Source: Saprolegnia diclina VS20
Taxonomy: Eukaryota
DNA: 64,000 nt
Direction: 5' to 3'
NCBI RefSeq assembly: GCF_000281045.1
Contig: NW_008246124.1
Coordinates: 245,629-309,628 of the forward strand
Shown here: positions 10,528 to 21,300 of the stretch, piece after piece
How the letters are laid out: each line of letters begins with the position of its first letter
Position numbering within the stretch: the first letter of the stretch is position 1
Made by a program: the position numbers and the translations under genes
Notes under the pieces: generated by a model
Seen by the model: only the letters and a program-made list of their open reading frames with translations
What the model was told of the DNA's origin: nothing
Databases searched by the model: none

Positions 10528-10819
10528 CCAGGCTTTTGCTCAAATGAGGAAACTCAACTCAAAATTGGATGCGAAATCGACGCGCGCTGATTGGCTCGCT
10601 TTGCTTCTCAGCGCGCGACTTCAACGTCCGACAGAAAATTATTACGTCGACCTATTTTCGGCGCGGCTGGTTTGCGTCGACGTATATTTCGAGCGTCCGC
10701 GGCGCACGGACCGGAACCTTCTACAATTGTAGTCGACTAGTCGACTACGCCATCCCTTGCATGCAGTCGCCGCAGGACTGCAAGCATCGGCTTGGGCTAA
10801 AAAGTAAATGGCGCATGGG

Positions 10820-11163
10820 AGTCTATCACATGTGCGAAAGCCAGATCCAGAGTGATGTGGCGCGGCTCAGATGCAGAGGTGGTCCGCATCAAGAATTTAT
10901 CCGCCGAGCGCGACTGCAGTGGGATGCCCGATGACGGCGCGGGCGGGAAGGACTTGAGAGTTGGGTCACTCCTTGACATTCTGAGAGGTGAAGGAACGAC
11001 AGCGTTGTTCCGTATACATATCTGGGAGCGAAGGACGGAATCTCGGTGCGAATCTGCCGCACCGAACGCTACTTACTACCAAGGCCTTGCTACTCCCGGC
11101 GTTGCCCACACTCACTGGACACTGCCCTTTCCTGGATACAAGTGGCGCGAACAGACTTTTTTT
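10820..11163 (+). ncRNA. Candidate structured ncRNA (~340 nt), family unassigned, ending in T7
   Basis: Nested helices found by eye (see finding); most G-U pairs favour the + strand; TTTTTTT at 11157-11163; no credible ORF. Confidence 0.55.
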
Positions 11164-11212
11164 GAATTTATTGAGAATACATTTGAGAAAATGAAAAAAA
11201 AAGATTAAAAAG

Positions 11213-11284
11213 GGCCCCAACCGGTGATCGAAACCGGGACCTCCTGCACCCAAAGCAGGAATCATACCACTAGACCATTAGGGC
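11213..11284 (-). tRNA. tRNA-Pro (anticodon TGG)
   Basis: GCCCTAA/TTGGGGC acceptor, D-arm TGGTCTAGTGGTATGAT, CCTGC-TT-TGG-GT-GCAGG, T-arm CCGGT-TTCGATC-ACCGG; T-runs downstream. Confidence 0.93.
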
Positions 11285-11630
11285 GCTTCATATTGCATTC
11301 ATGTATTTGACGTAAAATAAGATGTTAAAGATTAATTGAGTTTACAATAACAGTCTTTTGTGTTTGTGCGTGGGAAGAGACTGCACGCCAACTGGTCCAA
11401 TCGATGCTCGTATGCATAGGGGTATATCGTGGAGAAGAAACGACGACGCAGCGTGCGGCATGGCGCCGACAACGTTGTTTGATTGTTGGATTCGGATTTG
11501 AGTTTGAGTTTGAGCTTTGCAGAAATTCAAATCGGTGCTGGCGCCAAACCGTCCAGTCCGGTTGGCGCGTCCGGATACGGTGCCACGGTTGGGCTGGCAG
11601 CGCAGTATCCGGAGGCGCAAGGGGCGGAGC

Positions 11631-14600
11631 ATGTTCGTCGAGGAGGTCATCATCGACGGCTTCAAGTCGTACGCGACGCGGACCGTGGTCTCTGGCTTCG
11701 ACCCGCGCTTCAACGCCATCACGGGCCTCAACGGCTCCGGGAAGAGCAACATCCTGGACGCGATCTGCTTCGTGCTGGGCATCACCAACCTCTCGGCGGT
11801 CCGTGCGGCCAACCTGCAAGAACTCGTGTACAAGCAGGGCCAGGCCGGCGTGACCAAGGCGAGCGTGACCATCGTCTTCAACAACAGCGACGCGGCCAAG
11901 AGCCCGGTGGGCTACGAGCAGTACAAGCAGATCTCGGTCGCGCGCCAAGTCGTGCTCGGCGGCAAGAACAAGTACTTGATCAACGGCCACACAGCGCAGG
12001 TCAGCCAGGTGCAGAACCTCTTCCACTCGGTGCAGCTCAACGTCAACAACCCGCATTTCCTCATCATGCAAGGCCGCATCACCAAGGTGCTCAACATGAA
12101 GCCGCCCGAGATCCTCGGCATGATCGAAGAGGCCGCCGGCACGCGCATGTACGAGAACAAGAAGCAAGCCGCGCTCAAGACGATGGCCAAGAAGGAGAAG
12201 AAGGTCGACGAGATCAACAAGATCCTCGCCGACGAGATCACGCCGACGCTCGAGAAGCTCCGGAAGGAGAAGCGCAACTACATGCAGTGGGCCGCCAACA
12301 ACACGGAAGTCGAGCGCCTCACGCGCTACTGCGTCGCGTACGACTACACCAAGGCGCTGACGATCTCGAGCAAGTCAACGTCCGAGCTCTCGGAGCTGCA
12401 GGCGTTGCTCGCGGCGGCGCAGGCGAGAAAGGCCGAGCACGCGGCAGCGATCGACGCGCTCTCGGACGAGATGGACGAGATCCAGAGCACACGCGACGCG
12501 CAGCTGCAGGGCGACTTTGACGAGCTCAAGACGAAAGAAGACGCGATCGGCCGCGACGTCGTCAAGCTGCGCACGAAGGCGACCAACCATGCGTCGACCG
12601 TCGGCGCCGCCAAGACGACGGTGCGCACGCTGCAGGAGCAGGCGGCCGACCTCGACCACGCGATGGCGGCGCAAGAAGCGTCGATATCGACCTTGATGCA
12701 GCAAGGCGAGAGCATCGAGGCGACGCATGCGGCGCGCGCGCAGGCCGTCACGGACCTGAGCGGCGAGATCCAGGCGCTCAACGCCGGCGTGAGCAGCTCG
12801 AGCTCCAAGCAGTCGCTCACGGACCAGCTCGCAACCAAGACGCGCGAGCTCCAGGCCACCAAAACCCACATCCAGCAGCTCCAGCTTAAGCTGCAACACC
12901 ACGTGACGTCGGTGGCCGCCAAGCAGGCGCAGTTGGCCAAGACCAAGAGCCAGAACAAGGCCATCGAAGCGAGCGAAGCCGCGCTCCTGCGCGACGTGCG
13001 CAGCCTCGAAGAGCAGGTATCGGGCCTCGAGCGCCGCTTCAACGTCGGCGCCGAGGCCGAGCTGCGCTCGAAAAAAGAGGCCTTGCAGCAGCGCGTGGGG
13101 CAGTTGCACCGCGACTTGGACGACGCGAGCGCGGGCGTCGCCGCCCGTCTGCGCTTCGACTTTGATACGCGGGCGGTCGACCCGAGCGGCGTCCACGGCA
13201 TGATCGCCAAGCTCTTGTCGGTGCGCGACGGCAAGCATACGACCGCGCTCGAGATGGCGGCCGGTGGCAAACTGTACCAGATCGTGGTCGACAACGAGCA
13301 CACGGGCCAGGATCTGCTCACGAACGGCAACCTCCGGTCGCGCGTGACCGTCATTCCGCTCAATAAGATCTCACGCCGGCCGCTGACGTCGCACCAAGTG
13401 GCGGCCGCCGAGCGCATTGCGCGCGAGAAGCGGGGCCACGCGTGGCCGGCCCTCGACCTGATCGAGTTTGATGACGCGGTCGCGCCCGCGATGGAGTACG
13501 CCTTTGGGTCGACGATTGTCTGTGACTCGAGCGCGACCGCCGAGGCCGTCACGTTCCACCGCGACGTCCGCGCGCGCACGGTGACGTTGGAAGGCGACTC
13601 GTTTGACCCGGCGGGGACGCTCCAGGGCGGGTCGGCGCCGAGCAACAACAATGCGATTTTGAAGCGCGTGCACGCCGTCGCAGCCATCGCCCGGGACCTC
13701 GAGCTCGCGCGCGCCGAGCGCAACGCTGTCGCCGACGAGCTCGACGCGATGCGCGATGACGCCAAGGCGTACGCCGACCTGCAGCGCAAGCTCGAACTCA
13801 AAGCGCACGAACTCTCGCTCTTGCGGCGGCAGATTCAGGAGACGTCGTATGCCCAGATCCAGGCCGAGCTCGCGCGCCTCGAAGCCGACCAAGCGGCGGC
13901 GACGACGGACCTCGCGACTGCGAATGCGTCTTTGCCGACGCTCGACGCTGCGATCCGCGCCCTCCAGGAGGACATTGCGTCGATGGCGACGGGCCGCGAA
14001 GGCCGGCTCAAGGCGCTCGGCGTGCGCCTCAAGGACGCCAAGGCGTCGCTCGTCTCGGCGGCGTCGGCGCTGCAGACGCACACGCAGTCAATCGCGGAGC
14101 TCCGGCTCGAACTCGACACGATGCGCGACGAAAAGGCGGCGCTGCAGGAAGCGCTCGCGTCGGCCGAGACGAGCTTGGTTTCGCTGCAAAAAGAGGCGGA
14201 CAAGGTGCGCAGCGCGCTCGCGGCCATGGAAGCCAGCCTCGGCGAGGTCTCGGCGCAGCTCCAGGCGCAGCGCGCGAGCTTGGCGCAGTGCGACGAGGAG
14301 TTGAAAGGGCTCCAGGCGACGCTGGAGGCGCGCAAGAAGAGCGTGCGCGACGCAGACCTCGAGGCCAAGAAGATCGACGTGCGCATCGGTCGCATGCAAA
14401 AAGACACGTCGGCCGCGACGTCGCTCGTCGAGAACCTCCAGAAGCAGCACCCGTGGATCGCGACCGAGAAGGAGTACTTTGGCCGCGACCAGTCGGACTT
14501 TGACTTCAAGCGCATGGAGCTCGGGGCGGCCAAGGCGCGGCTCGCAGAGCTCAAGGACGCGCAGGGTTCGCTGGCCAAGAAGATCAACAAGAAGGTGATG

Positions 14601-15167
14601 GGCATGATTGAGAAGGCCGAGTCCGAGTACCAGAGCTTGATGGAGAAGCGCACGATCATCGAGAAGGACAAGACCAAGATCAACTCTGTCATTACGGAGC
14701 TCGACACGAAGAAGAACGAGGCGCTCGAAATCACGTGGCAGAAGGTCAACAAGGACTTTGGCTCGATCTTTGCGACGCTCTTGCCGGGCACGAGCGCCAA
14801 GCTCGACCCGCCGGCCGACGGCTCGATCCTCGACGGTCTCCAGGTCAAGGTGGCGTTTGGCGGCGTCTGGAAGGAGAGTCTTACGGAGCTCAGCGGCGGC
14901 CAGCGCTCGCTCCTCGCGCTTTCGCTCATTCTGTCGCTCCTCCTCTTCAAGCCCGCGCCCATGTACATCCTCGACGAGGTGGACGCGGCGCTGGACCTCT
15001 CGCACACGCAGAACATTGGGCAAATGATCCGGTCGCACTTCAGCCACTCGCAGTTCATCGTCGTCTCGCTCAAGGAAGGCATGTTCAACAACGCCAACGT
15101 GGTGTTTCAAACCAAATTCGTCGACGGCGTCTCGACCGTCGCCCGGTCCACGCCCCACGGACGCTAA
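11631..15167 (+). CDS. SMC2: Condensin subunit SMC2 (1178 aa, intronless)
   Basis: FNAITGLNGSGKSNILDAICFVLGI, VRAANLQELVYKQGQAG, hinge, WKESLTELSGGQRS, PAPMYILDEVDAALDLSHTQNIG. Confidence 0.98.
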   Translation: MFVEEVIIDGFKSYATRTVVSGFDPRFNAITGLNGSGKSNILDAICFVLGITNLSAVRAANLQELVYKQGQAGVTKASVTIVFNNSDAAKSPVGYEQYKQISVARQVVLGGKNKYLINGHTAQVSQVQNLFHSVQLNVNNPHFLIMQGRITKVLNMKPPEILGMIEEAAGTRMYENKKQAALKTMAKKEKKVDEINKILADEITPTLEKLRKEKRNYMQWAANNTEVERLTRYCVAYDYTKALTISSKSTSELSELQALLAAAQARKAEHAAAIDALSDEMDEIQSTRDAQLQGDFDELKTKEDAIGRDVVKLRTKATNHASTVGAAKTTVRTLQEQAADLDHAMAAQEASISTLMQQGESIEATHAARAQAVTDLSGEIQALNAGVSSSSSKQSLTDQLATKTRELQATKTHIQQLQLKLQHHVTSVAAKQAQLAKTKSQNKAIEASEAALLRDVRSLEEQVSGLERRFNVGAEAELRSKKEALQQRVGQLHRDLDDASAGVAARLRFDFDTRAVDPSGVHGMIAKLLSVRDGKHTTALEMAAGGKLYQIVVDNEHTGQDLLTNGNLRSRVTVIPLNKISRRPLTSHQVAAAERIAREKRGHAWPALDLIEFDDAVAPAMEYAFGSTIVCDSSATAEAVTFHRDVRARTVTLEGDSFDPAGTLQGGSAPSNNNAILKRVHAVAAIARDLELARAERNAVADELDAMRDDAKAYADLQRKLELKAHELSLLRRQIQETSYAQIQAELARLEADQAAATTDLATANASLPTLDAAIRALQEDIASMATGREGRLKALGVRLKDAKASLVSAASALQTHTQSIAELRLELDTMRDEKAALQEALASAETSLVSLQKEADKVRSALAAMEASLGEVSAQLQAQRASLAQCDEELKGLQATLEARKKSVRDADLEAKKIDVRIGRMQKDTSAATSLVENLQKQHPWIATEKEYFGRDQSDFDFKRMELGAAKARLAELKDAQGSLAKKINKKVMGMIEKAESEYQSLMEKRTIIEKDKTKINSVITELDTKKNEALEITWQKVNKDFGSIFATLLPGTSAKLDPPADGSILDGLQVKVAFGGVWKESLTELSGGQRSLLALSLILSLLLFKPAPMYILDEVDAALDLSHTQNIGQMIRSHFSHSQFIVVSLKEGMFNNANVVFQTKFVDGVSTVARSTPHGR

Positions 15168-15304
15168 TACGTACTGCGTTGACTTCGTACTCTGTTCTCG
15201 TGGACGTTCTTGCCTGCTTTCGAGAGACGGTGCGGGCTCGATCACGCTTGATAGATTGAAAGTTCGATATGGATACATGGATGCAGAGCGACTATAAGAA
15301 GCGG

Positions 15305-18300
15305 CTACGTGGCGGGCTCGGCGTCTCGGACTTCGGTCGTCAACGTGTCGACGTCGACGGAAGCTTTTTGCCGGCGCGCGAGCTCGAGCACGACGCGGAA
15401 CGACGGCAGTGGCGGGGCGTCGGCGGTCCGCACCTTGGCCAAGTAGGCGTCGGCGAGCGCATAGGACGTGGCGCGCCACCAGAGCCGCTCGATGTGGAAG
15501 CGGACGTCGTCGTTGTACTTGCGCTGGCAGATGCGCTTGTGCAAGCGCGCCTCCTTGATCTTCTCGAGGAGCACGCCGACGAGGATGAGCGAGATCGTCG
15601 TGCAGTTGGACACGACGATGATGACGGCGACTTGGTTGAGGTTGAGACTGCGGGCGTTGCCGACGTTCATGCGCACGAGGAGACCGGCTAGCGTGAATAT
15701 GTGGACAATATTGTCTATCAAACGCGTACCAAAGAGCGTGACGAAGAGCTGCATCTGCGCCATGGCCGCGACCGCGTTGTTGGAGCCTTCTTTATACGGC
15801 TGCACCGCGAGCAAGATCGACATGTAGATAAAGCTAGCAAGGCGTTGGTTGCTACGACAAGAAGACGGTCTGTCCTACATGATGATGAGGCCGACAACGA
15901 CTTGGGTGATGGAGCCCTGGCCGACAAAGACGATGACGCCGTTCATGAAGAGCTTCCTACGACCACAACGTGTCTTCCGCGCATCGTCGAGGAGCGTACC
16001 GGACAAGGTCGACGATTTCGAAGAACCAAAACTCGTCCTTGTCTACACCAAAACTCAGTGGCACGGTGGGACTATCGCAGATGGGTACAGGCGTGGTATA
16101 TAAAGCCGACGCCGGCGACGACGCTCGGGTTCTACAGGTCGCGTGACGCACCGCTGTCAGTACGTCCTTCGTACCCGGAGGTTGCGCTTCATCATGTAGC
16201 GCGAGAGGAGGTCGTCCGCAAACGCCATGTTGCGCTCGTCCCAGTGCAGCCCGTTGGCCTCGTAGTCGACCTTCATCGCGTCGATCCACTTGGTGCGCGC
16301 GAGCTCGTGCTTGCCGTCCTTGAGCTGCTTCATCTTGGCGCGGACGCCGTCGTGGCGCTCGCGTAACAAGATGAGAAAGCACGTGAGCGGTACCCCTAGT
16401 CCCACGTATTTCAGTATCAAGCGTGTATCAAGCTATCAAGTGCGGACCGAGGATCCAGCCGACGCAGCCCACGGCGCCAATCGCGGCGCGAAGGTACCAT
16501 TCGCTGCTATAGCAGAGGTAGTTCATGTCGGACACGAGGTAGAACCCGGCGCCGATCTCGAGGCAGTTGAAGAGGTCGAGGATCTTCTTGCTCACGGCCG
16601 GGTAAAACACGAGCGCGAGCCAGAAGAAGATCTTCCAGCACTTGTTGCAGTACGTTTGAAAGTTGAGCCGGAGCCGGAGCCGCGCCTGCCAGAGCCGCAG
16701 GTTCGTTCGAACCACTTGCTTGCGAATCGCCGCGGACTCGAGCACGTGGGTCGTCGGGCACTGCGTGTGCGTGGCTGCGTACGTCGGCAGGAGCGGCGCG
16801 GCCGCGTGTTTCTCAAAGACAAAGCGGTGGAGCCGCTCGGAGCGCGAGAGCGGCTCGGCGGGCACGGGCGCCGTTCCCGCGACCAAGTCGAAGTTTGGCA
16901 GGCCGCAGCGCGGGCAGTGGCGCGGGACCCGGTGCAGCTTGCGTCGATAGAGGAGCACGCCAATGCGGTACGCGCTGTACAAGAGCGCGAAGAAGAGAGC
17001 CGTGATCCCGAGCGTGAGCCTATACACAGTTAGAAACAGCAATGGGAGAGGCGGGAGCGGACTCGAAGTCGACGTAAAAGTTGTAGCGCAAGACGCAGTC
17101 AATGTGGGGGATCGCGAGGAAGCTGAAGTTGAACTTGAGGAAGAATTGCATGAAGACCGCAGCGTCGGACGGCCACTCAATGTCGTACGTGTCCTTAAAG
17201 CTCGCAAAGATCTGGAAAAAGCTCACGAGGATCTTGAGCTTCTCGGGGTTGATGCTCACGGGTGGCGGCCGAAGGCGCTTGATCTGGAAGAGGTTGGCCG
17301 GCGTCGCGCGCAGCTTGAGCGTCTTCCCCGGCATCACCCGCTTATAGAAGGTTGCGAGCGGCCGGAGCACGAGCCGCTCGAGATGCGACGGCGCGTCCGA
17401 GTCGGCGACGCTGTACTCGAACGGCTTGTCGGCCTTGGCCGCTCTGGCCTGCGCCATGAGGACGCGGTCGGTTCCCGCCCGGAGGTATAGAAAAGCGCCC
17501 AAAATGGCAACCGCAACAAGAAGCAGAGGCAGCATCATGTAGGCGTAGAAGGCATTGGACGCCGTCGGCAAGCACTCTACACAAGCATGAGACACAGAGG
17601 TGCTATTGTGGTGCACCGGTGCACGAGCCGTCGGCTAGCTTTTCGAAACCCGGGTCGCACGACGAGCAAAGCACGTTGCGGAAACCGGCGGCGCACTTGG
17701 CGCCCGGACTATTGACGAGCGCTTTGCCAATGTTGGCCTTGCACGCCGACGCCACCTGCGATAGCAAAGTCAGACCCCGGGGCACACACCGATGCAGCGT
17801 ACCGAGCACGTGTAAAAGTTGTAGCCCGACGAGCACGTAAAGATACGCTCCGACGGCCAGTACGACTCGAACGTGGACGCGTTCAAGCACGACCGAATGC
17901 GCTCGAGGCGCGTCTCCGGTGTACCGCCGGGGCACGGGTCCCCGCTTTGAAAGGCCGAAGCGTCGTCGCAGAGCGCGCCCATCTTGGACGCCGGTGCATC
18001 GTTTAAGAAGAACCCTTGCTGCGTGCTCGGGTAGTCGACACCGGTGTACGCGACGCCGGTGCCGACGACGGTCGACTGGAGACACGTGGCCCCCATCGGA
18101 CACGGGTGGCAGTTGATGCCGTCCAAACTAGAGCAGACATATTGGGCATGCGGATGTGGAGAGCGATTACCTAAAGCTGCCTTGGGGACACGGAATGCAT
18201 TTCCTACACCCTAGTGGTCAGCGCACGACCAATAATTGTTGAGTCGTACCCGGCGTTGAGCGAGTACCCCGGGTTGCACGGGTTGACCTGGATGTAAATG

Positions 18301-21300
18301 TCGATGGCCAGTTGCCGGTCGTTGTAGAGCGTGCACGCCGCGTCGAAGTGGAACGCCGACGACTTGGCCGTCGCCGCCACCTGCGCCTGCGCAAACGTCA
18401 CAAAGCCGGCGCTCGCGGCGATTTGCCCCGCCGGCGTAAAGTCGATCGCATAGCTTTCGCGCAGGTCCTTGTAGAGGCGACACGTGGTCTGCGTATCCAG
18501 CACGCTTCTGGCGCCGTAGTAGTCGACCGTCAAGATCGTCGGCCACGGCGTCGTCGACGCGTTGGGGCTCCACAGATTTGGACCGACGTTGGACGCATTG
18601 GTCGTCATGAGCACGCCGCTCGTGACGTTTTGCGGCCACCACCCGGCCGTGATGTTCATCGGGTCGGTCGCGAGCGACGACGGGGCCGAGAACGCGCACC
18701 CGGCGCAGTCGTACGCCGGTGTCGTCTCGTCAAAGCGCCAGAACGCGTCATTTCCGAGCGCCGCCGTGTTGCCGCTGCTCGTCAATGAACTGTGCACTAT
18801 GCCCGACGTCGAATTCATGTAAAAGCCACCGCCGGTCGATGACGCGTTGTTGTCGATGACGTGAACGCCAATCATCGACACGGTGGCTTGACCTGTCGAA
18901 TAGACGCCACCGCCCATCGTGGCCTTGTTGCTGCCAACTTGCCCGTCATTCGCGACGAGCTAGAGACCTGTTAGTGTCTTTTTGGAGCAGGAGGAGTTAC
19001 CGAGGCCGCATCGCCGAGGTAGACGCCGCCACCGCGCACGGCGCTGTTGCTGAGGATCGACGTACCGTCCCACATGACGGCGGCGGCGTCGGCGAGGAAG
19101 AGCGCGCCACCGAGCGCCAGCGCCGAGTTGTTGAAGAAGAGACAGCGCTGCAGCAAGAGCGTTCCATTGGCCTGGGCGACGGCCCCGCCATCGGTGGCGG
19201 CGAAGTTGTGCTGGAAGACGCAGTCGACCACGTTGATTGTGGCCTGACTGTACATTTGGAGCGCGCCGCCGGAGTAGGCGACGTTGCGCTCAAAGGTGGA
19301 GGTCGAAATCGCCGCCGTGCACGTTTCAAAGTAGAGAACGCCGCCTTCGTTGTAGCCGTAGATGGTCACGCCGCCGTTGGCGCGGAAGGTTGAGTTGCGG
19401 ATCGTGGTCGCCGTGTCGCGGCTCCCAAAGAGCGCTACGTCACCAAGTAAAGAAAACGAGTACGTGGAGGAATCCTACTGTACCCGAGCCGAGGCCGCTC
19501 GCGAGGTTGAGCTCAAACACACTCGACTCGACGCGCAGCGCATTCTTGAGCCCAATGTCCAAGAAGACAGCGCCGCCTTGGTCTTGGGCCGTGTTGCGCC
19601 GGACGACGGCGTTTGTGAGTGCGAGCTGCGACGCGCCGTCGAGGTTGACGCCGCCGCCGTTGTAGTTGGCGGTGCAGTTTTCAAGCAACGACGCTGCCAT
19701 CGCGACGGTTGCCACGTTGGTGATGAAGAGACCGCCGCCAAACTCGGTGGCCGCGCAGTTGGCGACGGTGCTGTTGGATATGGACAGCGCCGCGCCGTCA
19801 ATGTAAATCGCGCCGCCCGAGCGCGCATAGCCGAGTTGCAACTGGGAGTGTTCGATGACGACGCTGGTGAGCGCATCCTTGATGAGCAAGAGACCGCCGA
19901 GACTGGCCACGCTGTCGGGCGCCGTCACCGAACTCGACACGAGCGAGTTGGTAAGAACGACGTGGCTACCGCCCTGAATGTTGAACGCCTACACAACAAC
20001 CCGTGATGTTCAGTCGTCGAGTCGACGGACGCACCCCGCCGTTGTAGTCGGCGTTGATGCGACTCTTTGAGACGGTGGTGCTGTCCAGAGCCACGTTGCT
20101 ACCGAGGTCAATGCAAAAGGCTCCACCGTTGCCCTCACTGGCCGCGTTCTCGACAACGAGCAAGGCGGAGCCTGTCAAGGTGGTGTGCGTGATCCAGACG
20201 GCACCACCGTCTCGGGTGGACGCCGAGTTGTTGAAAAGCGTTATGTTGGACACCGTTAGGACGCTCGTGCCGTCCGGGATGACGTTGCTTTCGCCCGCAA
20301 TGCGGATCGCGCCGCCGCCACTCGTCGCCGTGTTGTTGGCCAGCGTCACGTTGGTGAGAGACGACGACGACTGTTTGGCAGCGTAGAGAGCTCCGCCAAT
20401 CACCGCGACGTTGTAGCTAATCGTGGCGTGCGACACGGCAAGGCGCGCCGCGACGTCGACGTACAAACTGCCCCCGAGGGTGCTTCGACCGCCGGAGACG
20501 TCGACCCCCGCGACGGTGGCGGTGGCCGCCACAAGGATGCCGATGTTGGTACCGTTGCCACACACAGAGGCGATGCACACGTTGTTGCTGGTGACGCTCG
20601 ACGCGCCGCTGGCGCCGACGAAGCGTGAGACGCCACCGAGGGCGAGCCCGCCAAACTTGGCCGCTGTGTTTTGGGACACGACGACCGACGCGTGGGAGAC
20701 GTCGGCGTTGATGAGGACGAGGCCACCGCCCAAGAGACCGGGGGTGACACGATTGCTGGTTACCGTCGTGGCCGTCACCGACACGGTCGCATTTATCATG
20801 TAGGCGCCGCCGCCGGTCGTTGACGCCGTGTTTTTATGAAGCGTGAGACGCTGCAGCGACGCGGTGCCATTCGACACGTAGAGAGCTCCACCGAGCGCCG
20901 CAAACCCTGTCGTCATGTTGACTGCCTCGAGCGTCGAGGTTCCCGTGATTGCACCGTTGCCGCCGCCGACGGCCGTATTGCCAGTGATCTGCGCAATGTC
21001 GGTGGGCGTCACAGGAAGGAGTGCGCTTGCATCTAGCGCCACACCGCCGCCATAGCCTTCGCTTGTACATGTCGAGATGACTAGCGCCGTGTGATGCAGC
21101 GTCGAGCTTGACAGAGCAAGTCCGCCCCCCGAGTTGACGCTTTTGCTGTGCGTCAGTTGTGCGTTTTGGAGCGTCCCACGGCTGTCACTGGCATAGACAG
21201 CGCCGCCGACGTCGGTGGCGCTGCACTCCGATATACTGGCGTCGATGAGCGTGAGCTGCGCGTTCATAGTGGCGAGGCCGCCGCCACGGGACGCTGTGCA

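Noticed and set aside
10955..10971. GAGAGTTGGG resembles vertebrate telomerase P6.1, and GGGAAGG..TGAG resembles RNase P CR-I
   Set aside because: No telomeric template in the candidate RNA and no matching CR-V/P4 partner; similarities too short to assign a family.
11517..11630. N-terminal extensions in the ORF track (SMC2, ILV6, P4-ATPase, C69, E2F-like, YcnI-like)
   Set aside because: They mostly arise from non-ATG starts; homology or signal peptides begin at downstream ATGs.
12344..15479. Long antisense or alternate-frame ORFs over SMC2 (and over other genes)
   Set aside because: Shadow ORFs expected from high GC3 codon bias; no independent motifs.
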